IMG/VR virus record: IMGVR_UViG_3300025120_010521
Reading direction: 5' to 3' (one strand)
From: a virus
Taxonomy: Duplodnaviria > Caudoviricetes
Length of the DNA stretch: 64,000 nt
The notes under the pieces are model-generated. The model was not told where the DNA came from. It searched no databases and saw nothing but the letters and a program-made list of their open reading frames with translations. A program made the position numbers and the translations under genes. Positions 18,305 through 28,518 of the stretch are shown here, one piece after another; positions within the stretch are counted from its first letter, which is position 1, and each line of letters starts with the position of its first letter.

Positions 18305-19417
18305 TTACCATGCTCTGCAACTCCAGTAACGAGCTTTCGTTCTTGGACCTGGATTTGAGCAATTATGTCTTGCACGGAATGATTTTCTACGTGCTGGGTT
18401 TGATTTTTTAATACGCATTGTTTTTGAATCTTTGTTCTTGCCGCCACCTTGGTGACCAAAGCGTACCATTTTTACGTTTCCTGTTTTAGGATCTTTTACA
18501 TAAACTTTAAATTTACCTGGCTCATCTGTGCCAGTTCTGATTGGCTTACTTAACTTAACTGTTTTGCCTTTGTACTTGGCTTCAAATGCTTGACCAAAAG
18601 TTCGTGTATTTTCAGCAACACCAAAACCTACAATATCTTCACCTAAGATCTTTGCCGCTTCTGTACAGTTGTCTTCATCAATTTCTGATACACCCATAAC
18701 TTTCATAAATTCTTGGTGCATAGATTTAGTAATTGGCATCATAGCATAAAAAGGTTCTAATCCTTTTTCAGTAACAGCATCTTGACCGTACTTTGATGTA
18801 ACGTTATTGTATTCGTTAATTTCAGCACCATCTGAAAGTATACCAGTGTCTATATAACCTTTTAACATTCCTGCTGGTAATTCGTCTCCGTTGCTTCCTT
18901 CATAATTTTTGTACTTGTTGTACCAAGCCTCTAATGCTGACTTATCAACTGCTTCATTAACATCTTGTTCGTTGTTATCAAAACCTGCTTGTACCATTTC
19001 ATATTCTAAATAATCTTTTACCACTTTTAAGTAATCTGATGCTTTGGTTAGTTTTGATGCTACCCAACCTTCGATACCTTGACGTTCAGAAACCTTTTGC
19101 AACATATCATGAACTGCTTTTGCGTTTTTCATTGCATGGTACATTTGTGATTTGCCCATGTTGACTTCATGGTCTTGTTCTTGTGATTCTTGCTCTTGTG
19201 GTTCTTGTTCCATTTCGCAACCACATGCTTCTTCTAAATCTGAAATAAATTTTAATGCTTTGTCATCTGCTATTACAGTAACAGAGTTTTCATCAATTTT
19301 TTCAATCACTGTTGAAATTAATGCTGTGCTTTCGCCAAACTCAAGATCAATTGCATCACCAACTTGTGGTTTTAGCTGTTCTGATACAATATCAATGTAT
19401 TTTCTTATATCTTGCAT
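18305..19417 (-). CDS. Modular putative internal protein
   Basis: MQDIRKYIDIVSE; acidic modules, then FE-AKYKGKTVKLSKP...RKSFRARHNC...ARYWSCRAW basic module. Confidence 0.65.
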   Translation of the reverse strand: MQDIRKYIDIVSEQLKPQVGDAIDLEFGESTALISTVIEKIDENSVTVIADDKALKFISDLEEACGCEMEQEPQEQESQEQDHEVNMGKSQMYHAMKNAKAVHDMLQKVSERQGIEGWVASKLTKASDYLKVVKDYLEYEMVQAGFDNNEQDVNEAVDKSALEAWYNKYKNYEGSNGDELPAGMLKGYIDTGILSDGAEINEYNNVTSKYGQDAVTEKGLEPFYAMMPITKSMHQEFMKVMGVSEIDEDNCTEAAKILGEDIVGFGVAENTRTFGQAFEAKYKGKTVKLSKPIRTGTDEPGKFKVYVKDPKTGNVKMVRFGHQGGGKNKDSKTMRIKKSNPARRKSFRARHNCSNPGPRTKARYWSCRAW

Positions 19418-19421
19418 AATT

Positions 19422-19793
19422 TTATTTATCTCCTACTGCTTGTTTGTAAGCATCTAAGCCCATTTCCATAGCATCACGTTCTGTATCAGTAAAATTTCCT
19501 ACTACAGGGGTTGTTGATTCTACATCAAAGTCAATTGTCATTACATAATCTAATGCATCAAACAATAATTCTGTTTCGTCTGGGGTTAAGTCTCTAGTAG
19601 TAGGCATGTCATAAGCATGACGTCCATCTTTAATATGATAGAATACATCAGTATTTGATTTACCTGGTTGACTTATGGTTCTTAGTATACCTTCCGGTAC
19701 AATTAATTCAATTGTTTTATATATAATTTGTAGAACTTCATTTGAAAGTTCTTCATCTACGTATACTCTTATATGATGTTGATATGATCTCAT
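19422..19793 (-). CDS. Hypothetical acidic protein
   Basis: ORF track; TAATG-coupled. Confidence 0.6.
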   Translation of the reverse strand: MRSYQHHIRVYVDEELSNEVLQIIYKTIELIVPEGILRTISQPGKSNTDVFYHIKDGRHAYDMPTTRDLTPDETELLFDALDYVMTIDFDVESTTPVVGNFTDTERDAMEMGLDAYKQAVGDK

Positions 19794-20230
19794 TACTTAC
19801 TAGCCTTCATTTTATTTATTGCTTCTCGGTTTTTAGAAATTTGTTCATCTTGAACTTTATCAATAAGTGTTTTAACTCTTTCTGCTTTTTCTAATTCTGT
19901 ATCTATATGTAAATCTTTCTTAATAACTTTCTCAAGTTTTAAAAAAGGTATTCTTTCATTTGGTACATATCTCCAAGTGTACCCACGTTCTGAATATACT
20001 CCAAACACTGTTTGTCTTGCACCAATTTTAACAATCATTGCTAACTCACCGTCTAGTAAACATTCATCACCTTCATTAAATGCCGGATCAAATTTAAATC
20101 TAAGACCTTTTGCTAAACCTATAGCAAAATCTTTAAACCAAATAGCTACTACCAAAGATAGTAATACTGCAATCCATGGTAATAGCATACCTGTTAAATC
20201 CATTGATAATGTATTAAGATCCGGAGACAT
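19793..20230 (-). CDS. Small membrane protein with MscS-like beta domain
   Basis: TM helix, then FNEGDECLLDGELAMIVKIGARQTVF. Confidence 0.5.
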   Translation of the reverse strand: MSPDLNTLSMDLTGMLLPWIAVLLSLVVAIWFKDFAIGLAKGLRFKFDPAFNEGDECLLDGELAMIVKIGARQTVFGVYSERGYTWRYVPNERIPFLKLEKVIKKDLHIDTELEKAERVKTLIDKVQDEQISKNREAINKMKASK

Positions 20231-20493
20231 TAACTTACCTTGCTTCCTTTGGTAGTTGTTTCAATTTTCATTTTTTTACCTGTGCCTGAATTTACATATA
20301 AACCAAACCAAGCCGCGCCTGCACCAACTATTACTGATACAAAACCTGCCTGTGCATTATTTGGGTTTTCTAACAACATAAACCAATTCATTGTTTGGTA
20401 AAAAACAACTGCGTATAAAAAGATTAGTAATCTTGGAATGACTCTCCAGTTATCTAATGTTTCAGGTATCTCATATTTTATGATATTCCACAT
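20230..20493 (-). CDS. Two-TM holin-like protein
   Basis: DNWRVIPRLLIFLY...AGFVSVIVGAGAAWFGLY; basic C-tail. Confidence 0.5.
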   Translation of the reverse strand: MWNIIKYEIPETLDNWRVIPRLLIFLYAVVFYQTMNWFMLLENPNNAQAGFVSVIVGAGAAWFGLYVNSGTGKKMKIETTTKGSKVS

Positions 20494-20542
20494 AAATTTA
20501 CTCCTATTGGTATAATTTAATAGTATTTATGTAAATGAAAGA

Positions 20543-20565
20543 GGTGCCCTAAGAATTAGGGCACC
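20543..20565 (-). terminator. Intrinsic terminator
   Basis: GGTGCCCTAA-N3-TTAGGGCACC followed by TCTTTCATTT on the minus strand. Confidence 0.7.
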
Positions 20566-20575
20566 CTAAATAAGT

Positions 20576-20800
20576 CTATTTTTTAGTAAAAATCCAGTAT
20601 AAGATCCATAGTGCTACTAACCCTACAAGACCTTGACTACCGATTTGATTTACAATGGCAATAATATTTGCAACAACATCTAAATCATAAAAGCCAATTA
20701 GTTTGTCACCAAATAATACTTGCAATACAACACCAAATGAAATTAACGTGATTCCTACTTCTGTTAATTTTCTGACGCCGTCAATTATTCTATCCCACAT
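20576..20800 (-). CDS. Small hydrophobic membrane protein (paralog of 8555..8779)
   Basis: LTEVGITLISFGVVLQVLFG...DVVANIIAIVNQIGSQGLVGLVALWILYW; SD AAGGAG 7 nt before MWDRII. Confidence 0.8.
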   Translation of the reverse strand: MWDRIIDGVRKLTEVGITLISFGVVLQVLFGDKLIGFYDLDVVANIIAIVNQIGSQGLVGLVALWILYWIFTKK

Positions 20801-21037
20801 AAGTAATCTCCTTATCGTTGATATGTGTATCAACTGTGCTTTATTTAATATAGAGTTAATTGACTATTAAAAACTATGTTTATGTAGGTAGTGTTTGTGA
20901 TAAATGCACACCTATCAAGCACTGTAGAGCCCTTAAAATAGGATTAAGACACCAATATAGTGGTATTTTAGTATTATATATTGTTGGTTTTAAACAATAA
21001 TAATATGAATATTTTGGCCAAAGTTGACCTAGTTGAA

Positions 21038-23023
21038 TTATGTTAGATCTTCGTAATCTATTGTGATTGTGTCTGCATCTGTGATCGCACCATAATCATG
21101 ATTACTAATTGCTGTTGTAGATATCGCACTATAATCAGTTACTTCATTAGTTGGAAGTACTGATCCAAGTATTACCCAACTTGCACCATTGTAACCTTCA
21201 AATCTATCTGTAGTTGAATTAAATCTAAACATGCCAACCACTGGAGTAGCAGGTCTTTGTGCTGTTGTTCCAACTGGTAGTATTAATGCACCAGTGCTGG
21301 TAATCTTTGCATTACCTGTTCCGTTTGGTTCTATTTCAACGTCACCGTTTGATGTTGATACAATTTTATTTCCGTTAACATCTAAATCTCCACCAAGTTG
21401 TGGTGTTGTATCTTCAACAACTTCATTTATAGAAACTGCTTGTACTCTAGCAGTTGTGTGATATAAATTACTTCCTTCTGTAATATGATCTGTTGTGCTC
21501 GGTACTGTTAATACACCAGTGCTATTATTGTATGCTGGTGTTCCTGAACCTAAACTTATACCTGCTCTCGAACGTGCATCTGTATAGTATAAATTACTCG
21601 AGCCTTCTGTTAGATTGTCTGTTGTTTTGGTTGCCAATCTATTATCAAAATCTGTGTTTGTGTAACCTGAGTTATCAATCCAAGCATAATCAGAACCATT
21701 CCAACTTAATACATATCCCGAAGTTGGATTTGATTGATTTAAATGTGCATCAACACTAGCATTTGTATATGCCGCAGGTACATCACTTGTTAATGCAACT
21801 GTACCAGTTGCATCTGGTAACGTGATTGTTCTGTCTGCTGTTGGATCTGTTGCTGTTATAGTTGTTTCATATGCATCTGCTGTTGCACCTTCTAAAATAA
21901 TATCTCCACCAGTACCAATATAAAAATCTGTACCGTTTAATAATTGGAATTGGTCACTTCTAAATCTACCTGATATATTTTGTGATCCACCTTTGATAAA
22001 AGCATACTCCAACATACCATCTTCTGAACCATCTGAAGCATCTAATATTTTACCAGTTATTTTAGCATAGGTAATCTCTTGATCTGCATCATTTTCACCT
22101 TTGAATTTAACTTGTCCAATGTAATCAGCATCTGCCGGACTGGCACTATTTCGTTTTAATGCAATAACTGGTCCTGCTGTGCTTGAATCTTCTGTTGTTG
22201 TAATTAACAAACTGTCATCAGTTGTTGTGTTTGCAATTGCAAGTGATCCTGATGCTGTTCCTGAAAAAGTCGGACTTGCTAATGTTTTGTTTGATAATGT
22301 GTCTGTGGTATCTTGTAATACAATTGTGCCTGTAGCATTTGGAATTGTAACTGTTCTGTCTGCTGTTGGATCCGCAACTATCAATGTAGTTTCATGATCG
22401 TCTGCTGTAGCACCTTCAAATGTAAATGAATTTGTTACTGCTATTGTAGATGAATCAATTGTTGTTGTTGAACCTTGTACTGTTAAATCACCTGTTACTG
22501 TTAGGTTTGTCATTGATGACGTGCCAGTTACTGATATTGGATCAGCGAACGTAATTGGATTTGCATTTGAAGAACTAATAGATTTAGTTGCATTTACTAT
22601 AACATCACCATCAAAGTTAACTTGTCCTGCTGATGTAGTAAATGTAATATCACCTGTGCTTGATGTAGTAAAATTCAAACCTGCCGCACTTTGCATTGTA
22701 GTTTGACCTGTACCGTGTGTTTTTATGTGTAAACTTTGATCAACTGATGTTGATAGTGTAATTGATCCTGAATCATCTTCAAGAACTTTTTTACCATTTA
22801 TATATAATGATCCTGGACCTACATATACATCACGCCACATTAGAGTTGATGTACCTAAATCGTATGTAACGTTTGCTGATGGAACTAAATGTCCAGTAAT
22901 TGAAGCAACTGACCCACTAGCACTGGTGGCATTTATGGCCCCTACTTTTAATGTGCCGTTAGCTGATTTGCCAACTTGAAAATCGGAATTACTAGTTCCT
23001 TTTAAGTTATATGTTACTGCCAT
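21038..23023 (-). CDS. Tail fibre / virion structural protein
   Basis: T/S/G-rich; repeated ADxxETTxxxxDPTADRTxTxPxATGT; TTDNLTEGSSNLYYT repeats; PQLGGDLDVNG; GMFRFNSTTDRFEGY. Confidence 0.75.
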   Translation of the reverse strand: MAVTYNLKGTSNSDFQVGKSANGTLKVGAINATSASGSVASITGHLVPSANVTYDLGTSTLMWRDVYVGPGSLYINGKKVLEDDSGSITLSTSVDQSLHIKTHGTGQTTMQSAAGLNFTTSSTGDITFTTSAGQVNFDGDVIVNATKSISSSNANPITFADPISVTGTSSMTNLTVTGDLTVQGSTTTIDSSTIAVTNSFTFEGATADDHETTLIVADPTADRTVTIPNATGTIVLQDTTDTLSNKTLASPTFSGTASGSLAIANTTTDDSLLITTTEDSSTAGPVIALKRNSASPADADYIGQVKFKGENDADQEITYAKITGKILDASDGSEDGMLEYAFIKGGSQNISGRFRSDQFQLLNGTDFYIGTGGDIILEGATADAYETTITATDPTADRTITLPDATGTVALTSDVPAAYTNASVDAHLNQSNPTSGYVLSWNGSDYAWIDNSGYTNTDFDNRLATKTTDNLTEGSSNLYYTDARSRAGISLGSGTPAYNNSTGVLTVPSTTDHITEGSNLYHTTARVQAVSINEVVEDTTPQLGGDLDVNGNKIVSTSNGDVEIEPNGTGNAKITSTGALILPVGTTAQRPATPVVGMFRFNSTTDRFEGYNGASWVILGSVLPTNEVTDYSAISTTAISNHDYGAITDADTITIDYEDLT

Positions 23024-23137
23024 CTCATCTCCATGTCAGCCCTTCTTTTCCACTAATGGACTGTCCGGGCATAAGCCCAAGTCATAGATTATATATGTAC
23101 TTTAATTTATTTATCTATATAGTTAATTTTAATGATG

Positions 23138-23374
23138 TTACAAGTTAAGATGATATCTAAGTTGCCAACGTTCTAACATTAATTTGTCCATTTTTTCTTG
23201 ATTCTCATAACTAAAAATGTGTACCAATTCTTGTATTTCAGCTTCTACTTGTATTAATCTTTGACGCTTAGGATTCTTTGTTTTGTTTCGTGGTGGTTGT
23301 TGGTCATAATGTTTTACATTATTAGGTTTCGCTTCAGCATTGCGTTTTTTAGTATTTTTACGTCTATATATCAT
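23138..23374 (-). CDS. Hypothetical basic protein
   Basis: ORF track. Confidence 0.55.
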   Translation of the reverse strand: MIYRRKNTKKRNAEAKPNNVKHYDQQPPRNKTKNPKRQRLIQVEAEIQELVHIFSYENQEKMDKLMLERWQLRYHLNL

Positions 23375-23380
23375 AATTTG

Positions 23381-23456
23381 TGGCTCCGCAGGCAGGACTC
23401 GAACCTGCGACCAATTGATTAACAGTCAACTGCTCTACCAACTGAGCTACTGCGGA
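23381..23456 (-). tRNA. tRNA-Asn(GUU)
   Basis: TCCGCAGTAGCTCAGTTGGTAGAGC-GTTGA-CTGTTAA-TCAAT...GTTCGAGTCC...CTGCGGAGCCA. Confidence 0.97.
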
Positions 23457-23698
23457 ATGATGTGAGCTTGAACTGTATATGTTTCTTCATCGTACAACAC
23501 GTCAATTAATCTTCCTGTTTTACGACTTACAATAAATGGCATCATTTTGTGTTGACTATGTTCATAAACAACATCAACATCACAATAGTACATCTTGTCT
23601 ATTCCTTGCTTTGCAAGTTCATCCTCGACACATTCTCGACAACGTCTTTGACGAATTAACAGTGTAATATCTATTATATCTAAATTTTGTTCTGCCAT
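23447..23698 (-). CDS. Hypothetical protein; stop codon lies inside tRNA-Asn
   Basis: TAG at 23449-23447 equals tRNA positions 8-10. Confidence 0.55.
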   Translation of the reverse strand: MAEQNLDIIDITLLIRQRRCRECVEDELAKQGIDKMYYCDVDVVYEHSQHKMMPFIVSRKTGRLIDVLYDEETYTVQAHIIPQ

Positions 23699-23739
23699 AA
23701 TACTTGTACAATGATTGCAAAAGTATTTAGCAAAAAAAA

Positions 23740-24675
23740 TTAAGAAAATAAAGTGCTTACTGACTCTTCGTTACTTACACGTCTTATTGCTTCTCCAATA
23801 AGTTTATCTACTGACACTTGTCTTATTTTAGAAATATCTTCTTCACAGTGATATTCAATAGAATCTGTAATAACAACTTCTTCTAATTTACTATCTTGTA
23901 TTTTTCTACAAGACTTTCCTGTTAAGACTCCATGTGTAATATATGCACGAACACTTAACGCACCTTTAGATAAAAGTATATCTGCCGCATTACAAAGTGT
24001 TCCACCTGAATCAACCATATCATCAACTAGTATTGCATGTTTGTCTTTAACATTACCAATAACGTGCATGGCTTCGCTAACTCCAGGTCTTGATCTTCTT
24101 TTATCAACAATAGCAATCATTCCATTAAATGAGTCAGCAAATTTTCTTGCTCTTACAACTCCACCAGCATCAGGTGAAACAAAAACTGTTTTAGATGATT
24201 CTGATCTTAGTTTTTTCTTTATGTCTTTAGTAAATAAAATTCTCGATGTTAAGTCATCAACAGGTATATCAAAAAATCCTTGTATTTGACCTGCATGTAG
24301 ATCCATTGTTAATATTCTATCAGCACCTGCTTTAGTAATTAAGTTAGCAACTAACTTGGCACTAATTGGTGTACGTGATGCACTTTTTCTATCTTGTCTT
24401 GCATATCCAAAATATGGCATAACTGCTGTAATTCTTTTTGCTGATGATCTTTTTAATGTATCAATTATAATTAATAATTCCATTAAACTGTCATTTACTG
24501 GCGAACTGGTTGATTGAATTATAAAACAATCTTCTCCACGAACATTCTCTAATAACTCAACTGAGCATTCACCATCTGCAAATCTTCCTATCTTTGCTGG
24601 AACAACTTTAGTAAAACAATGCTCTGCAATAGACTCTGCCAAATTTAAATTTGACTGCCCTGCAATAATTTTCAT
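23740..24675 (-). CDS. prs: Ribose-phosphate pyrophosphokinase
   Basis: [43 protein letters not shown]. Confidence 0.95.
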   Translation of the reverse strand: MKIIAGQSNLNLAESIAEHCFTKVVPAKIGRFADGECSVELLENVRGEDCFIIQSTSSPVNDSLMELLIIIDTLKRSSAKRITAVMPYFGYARQDRKSASRTPISAKLVANLITKAGADRILTMDLHAGQIQGFFDIPVDDLTSRILFTKDIKKKLRSESSKTVFVSPDAGGVVRARKFADSFNGMIAIVDKRRSRPGVSEAMHVIGNVKDKHAILVDDMVDSGGTLCNAADILLSKGALSVRAYITHGVLTGKSCRKIQDSKLEEVVITDSIEYHCEEDISKIRQVSVDKLIGEAIRRVSNEESVSTLFS

Positions 24676-24685
24676 ATAGTACCTC

Positions 24686-25738
24686 CTATTTTACTGTATA
24701 ACTTTCATAAACTTTGTTTATGTTGTTATACGTGGTTACAAAACTTGCACATTTTGGCATATCTTTTAATCTTCTAGCACCAATATATGTACAAGCACTT
24801 CTTACCCCGCCGAGAATATCTTCTACTGTGTGTTGAACTGGACCACGATATGGTAGTTTGATAAGTCTACCTTCGTTACCTCTATATCCATCTTTTCTTT
24901 TACCGTGTACTTGTCTTGCACGGTCTGAACTCATTCCATAAAATTCAACATGCCCATCAACAACTTTCTGTTCTGATTCATCATGACCTGCTAACATGCC
25001 ACCAATCATTACCATATGAGCTCCGGCACCAAACGCCTTAGCAATATCACCAGGGTGTACACATCCGCCATCAGCAAGTATGTGTCCATCTACTCCATTG
25101 GCCGCATCTGCACAATCTAATATTGCTGAAAATTGCGGAACACCTACACCAGTCATTGTTCTTGTTGTACATACTGATCCAGGACCAATACCAATTTTAA
25201 CAACATCAGCACCATTTATAATAAGTTCTTCTGTCATTTCAGGTGTAACAACATTACCAGCAATAATTACTTTATCTGGAAATTCATCTCTTACACGTTT
25301 AATAAAATCTACAAAATTTTCATGATATGCATTTGCAACATCAACTGTAATAAATTTAATGTCTGGAAATGACTTTAACACTTGTTGCATATTACGATAA
25401 TCTTCTGCTTCTGGATCCCACATTTTATTTGTGCCTGTACATACAGAAACACTTTGTAATCTTACACCATTACCTACTGCTTGTCGCCACTGTTCAACAG
25501 TAGTTGATTTTGTAATTACAGTCATCATTTTATGCTCTTGTAATACTTTAGCCATACTAAATGTTCCTACGCCATCCATGTTTGAAGCAAAGATAGGTAA
25601 AAAGTTTACAACTTTACCAGAGTTTCTAAATGTAAACTTTCTTGTCATGTCAACATCTTTACGACTTGATAATGTAGAACGCTTTGGTTCTAATAATACA
25701 TCATCAAAATTAAGTTTAGGTTGTGTGTTAATACGCAT
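24686..25738 (-). CDS. guaC: GMP reductase
   Basis: [50 protein letters not shown]. Confidence 0.92.
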   Translation of the reverse strand: MRINTQPKLNFDDVLLEPKRSTLSSRKDVDMTRKFTFRNSGKVVNFLPIFASNMDGVGTFSMAKVLQEHKMMTVITKSTTVEQWRQAVGNGVRLQSVSVCTGTNKMWDPEAEDYRNMQQVLKSFPDIKFITVDVANAYHENFVDFIKRVRDEFPDKVIIAGNVVTPEMTEELIINGADVVKIGIGPGSVCTTRTMTGVGVPQFSAILDCADAANGVDGHILADGGCVHPGDIAKAFGAGAHMVMIGGMLAGHDESEQKVVDGHVEFYGMSSDRARQVHGKRKDGYRGNEGRLIKLPYRGPVQHTVEDILGGVRSACTYIGARRLKDMPKCASFVTTYNNINKVYESYTVK

Positions 25739-25742
25739 GATA

Positions 25743-26717
25743 TTATCCTTTTAGTTTTTTTTTGACCTGTGGTCCTAATAATTCTTTTGTGAACGTTGAA
25801 TACACATCTGGTTTGAAATGAATTTTATCTGAATGCATTTCATTAAATGCTGTTTTACTACCTGCTTTTTGTTTAGCCCAATTAATAAAAGACCAATCCA
25901 TTTTTTCATTTAACCAATACTCCGGCTTATCTAAAACATTTTTATATGTATCTGTAAATACATGATTTTCATCATATTGTTTATCGCAGTGTGTAAACAA
26001 TAAAAATTTAACATCTAATGATTTTAAGGTATTAATAATATTCATCATATTTGAAAGATAATTAGAAATGTCTGTATCGCTCATATCCATAAACACAGAA
26101 TAAAAATAACAATAAATTAACATATTTTTAAATTGTTCATCATTATTACCTAATGCTTTATATAGCTCATCAAATTTTCTTTTTACATTGTCTCTTTCAT
26201 GCTCACTTAAACTTGCACTTCTATAAAAACCTTCTACTGTCCAAGTTGTTTTACCTTTAAAAAAATCACGTACAGATGCTTTTGTATCAGCACCATGATA
26301 AAAATCAACACATTCTTGTTTTGAAAGACTTTTTCTATTTGGCCATCCATACTGTTGTCCTTTAGACCAATCTTTAGTTAGCACTCGTTGTCTTGAATAG
26401 ATGGGATGATAATCTTTTTCTTTATTAATATATGTTCCAGTGATATGACTAGAAATTTCTACATCTACTTTATCAGTGTCGGGTACTTCTATAACAAACA
26501 TATCTGGTTTATACTCGTTATAAAAATTTAATATTTTTGTTGGATAAAAGAAAGACGAAAAAGAACTTTCGCCGCCATTGTATATATAATTCTCTATTCC
26601 ATTTTGTTCTAAATATGTACTTAAATGTCCAGGCCATCCACTTTTAAAAGGATAAGGAATTCCGTTTCCTCCGCCAAATGTATGACTAGTGCCTAAGCAA
26701 ACAATTTTCTGCATCAT
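25743..26717 (-). CDS. SGNH/GDSL hydrolase-like protein
   Basis: IVCLGTSHTFG block I; late SDKIHF (DxxH). Confidence 0.6.
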   Translation of the reverse strand: MMQKIVCLGTSHTFGGGNGIPYPFKSGWPGHLSTYLEQNGIENYIYNGGESSFSSFFYPTKILNFYNEYKPDMFVIEVPDTDKVDVEISSHITGTYINKEKDYHPIYSRQRVLTKDWSKGQQYGWPNRKSLSKQECVDFYHGADTKASVRDFFKGKTTWTVEGFYRSASLSEHERDNVKRKFDELYKALGNNDEQFKNMLIYCYFYSVFMDMSDTDISNYLSNMMNIINTLKSLDVKFLLFTHCDKQYDENHVFTDTYKNVLDKPEYWLNEKMDWSFINWAKQKAGSKTAFNEMHSDKIHFKPDVYSTFTKELLGPQVKKKLKG

Positions 26718-26723
26718 GTTTTA

Positions 26724-26752
26724 ATACTACTATCTTTAAGATAAAAAATCAA
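26724..26752 (-). promoter_or_regulatory. Sigma70 promoter, leaderless
   Basis: TTGATT-17-TAGTAT, 6 nt to ATG. Confidence 0.55.
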
Positions 26753-26754
26753 CA

Positions 26755-27030
26755 TTATTCATTCCATAATTGCCAATTTTTATCTTTTGGTTTCCAATTT
26801 ACAGGAATAGGAAAAATCCAATCTTTTTCTTCCATTTCTACCCAGGCTTTTTCAAACATGTCATCTAACTTATTTTCTAAAGGATTTTCTTCTCCTTCTT
26901 CTTTAGTCATTTTTTCTACACGTTCTAAAAATTCTTTTATTTCTTCGTACATTTTTTCTTTATTGTACACTCGTAATCGTTGATGATCGTAATACTCTTT
27001 TAGATGATTATACTCTTCTTTGCTAATCAT
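26755..27030 (-). CDS. Hypothetical protein
   Basis: ORF track. Confidence 0.6.
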   Translation of the reverse strand: MISKEEYNHLKEYYDHQRLRVYNKEKMYEEIKEFLERVEKMTKEEGEENPLENKLDDMFEKAWVEMEEKDWIFPIPVNWKPKDKNWQLWNE

Positions 27031-27099
27031 ACTTTCTTACATATACTAATATGCCTAATATAACTACTGTTACTATCATACCTAAAAAAAATAGGCCTA

Positions 27100-27330
27100 T
27101 CATTCTACAATCTCAACTTTTGCTTCAGTTTCTATAACAACTCTAGCACCGCAACTAAGGATAGGCTTATCATTGCCGCCATAACGCACAACACTATCGC
27201 CCAATATTTTAACTGCATGACAATAGTCATTCCTATTTCCACGTTTAACAGTGATAACCGGTTCATCAGTTCCATTCTTTTTGTTGCTCCTAATTTTATG
27301 TTGATTAACGTGTATATATGTTTTTACCAT
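27100..27330 (-). CDS. Conserved phage hypothetical protein
   Basis: IHVNQHKIRSNKK...PILSCGARVVIET. Confidence 0.7.
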   Translation of the reverse strand: MVKTYIHVNQHKIRSNKKNGTDEPVITVKRGNRNDYCHAVKILGDSVVRYGGNDKPILSCGARVVIETEAKVEIVE

Positions 27331-27632
27331 TTAACCTCTTTTTTAAATTTGTCAATTGCTTTGTAAAAAGGATTTTCAAGTCCATAATGTTTAGAAACAG
27401 CCGCATGTATAAATTTAAAAGCCAATGCAAGATCAGTTTGAAACTCTGCATCATCAATTGGAAAATTATGTGCATGTAATGAATGCAACAATGCCGCAAC
27501 ACCATCTCGTGTAATTACTTCTGCTGAACCAACATCTCTCATTTTTTTCTTTCTTCTAAACTTTTTTATATCAATTACATCATTCATTTGGTTTCCATCC
27601 TGATACAACTTGAATTGAATGATCAAGTTCAC
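27324..27632 (-). CDS. Hypothetical protein (true start probably MNDVIDI)
   Basis: ORF track. Confidence 0.55.
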   Translation of the reverse strand: MNLIIQFKLYQDGNQMNDVIDIKKFRRKKKMRDVGSAEVITRDGVAALLHSLHAHNFPIDDAEFQTDLALAFKFIHAAVSKHYGLENPFYKAIDKFKKEVKW

Positions 27633-27753
27633 GTATCTGTTCTTCTAACTTTTCTATTGTAGTATCACTAAATGCATATTGCAATTGTGATTCAAGTTCT
27701 TTCTTTTCTTCTTTTAGTAGACTTAACTTATCGTTAATGTATCCAACGTTCAT
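27580..27753 (-). CDS. Small coiled-coil protein
   Basis: Start at MNVGYI with SD AGGAGG. Confidence 0.6.
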   Translation of the reverse strand: MNVGYINDKLSLLKEEKKELESQLQYAFSDTTIEKLEEQIRELDHSIQVVSGWKPNE

Positions 27754-27863
27754 TATATTCCTCCTGCATGATTTAATGACAATACTATCCCAAATACAAA
27801 CATTAGGATTATCCAAATCATAGGTAAATTATCCAGTATTGCCCATTTAATTTTATTAAGCAT
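27753..27863 (-). CDS. 36-aa membrane peptide
   Basis: MLNKIKWAILDNLPMIWIILMFVFGIVLSLNHAGGI, coupled to neighbours. Confidence 0.55.
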   Translation of the reverse strand: MLNKIKWAILDNLPMIWIILMFVFGIVLSLNHAGGI

Positions 27864-27984
27864 AACTTACCCACACTATCCAAGAAATAATTGCAATAAA
27901 TCCTGCAATCAAAACATGGTTGCCTAAATTCCAAGCACTTGTTCCTACTGTATTTGGATTTTTAGGATCAATTATTTTATTCAT
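27856..27984 (-). CDS. 42-aa membrane peptide
   Basis: MNKIIDPKNPNTVGTSAWNLGNHVLIAGFIAIISWIVWVSYA; SD AAGGAG. Confidence 0.65.
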   Translation of the reverse strand: MNKIIDPKNPNTVGTSAWNLGNHVLIAGFIAIISWIVWVSYA

Positions 27985-28146
27985 GTTCTTCTCCTTTTAT
28001 TTTATGAAAAATTTTTCCTTTTTCAATAATATGTAGTTCTTTATCAATTTTTTTAATTTCTTGTTGCAAGTGATTTATGTTTTCCATAAATCCAAGTTTC
28101 TTTCCTAACAAAGACATTACTTCTGAATGATCTGCTATATTAGTTT

Positions 28147-28518
28147 TCATTCGTGTTCTCCTCCTGGATCATCTTTTGGCAAATCAACTCTAAAAGGATT
28201 GCCAAATTTATCCCTATATATCACATACTCACGTCCTCGACCATAACTGTGATATCCCCAATTGTATTTGTTTTTTTTAACATTATGAAATTGTTTGAAT
28301 GTAAAATACATTGCAAATAAAATTGCTATGTGTCCTACTACTAATCCTGTCCATACATCAGCATATAATTGACCCCAAAAGAATAAAGTAAATGCTGTTG
28401 ACCAAACAAAACTCAACACACTTAATAACTGAAGCCTTACTGTCTTTGGTAAAGCACGAAGATCATTTTTTGAATCATCAAAAAGTATAGTCGCCGCAGA
28501 TATCATCCATTGTTTCAT
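28147..28518 (-). CDS. Two-TM membrane protein
   Basis: NDLRALP..VRLQLLSVLSFVWSTAFTL; C-terminal DPGGEHE. Confidence 0.7.
   Translation of the reverse strand: MKQWMISAATILFDDSKNDLRALPKTVRLQLLSVLSFVWSTAFTLFFWGQLYADVWTGLVVGHIAILFAMYFTFKQFHNVKKNKYNWGYHSYGRGREYVIYRDKFGNPFRVDLPKDDPGGEHE

Noticed and set aside
23740-24675. Prs as a NARP1 Adps enzyme
   Set aside because: The sequence looks like a canonical Prs and has no adjacent NAMPT-like partner.
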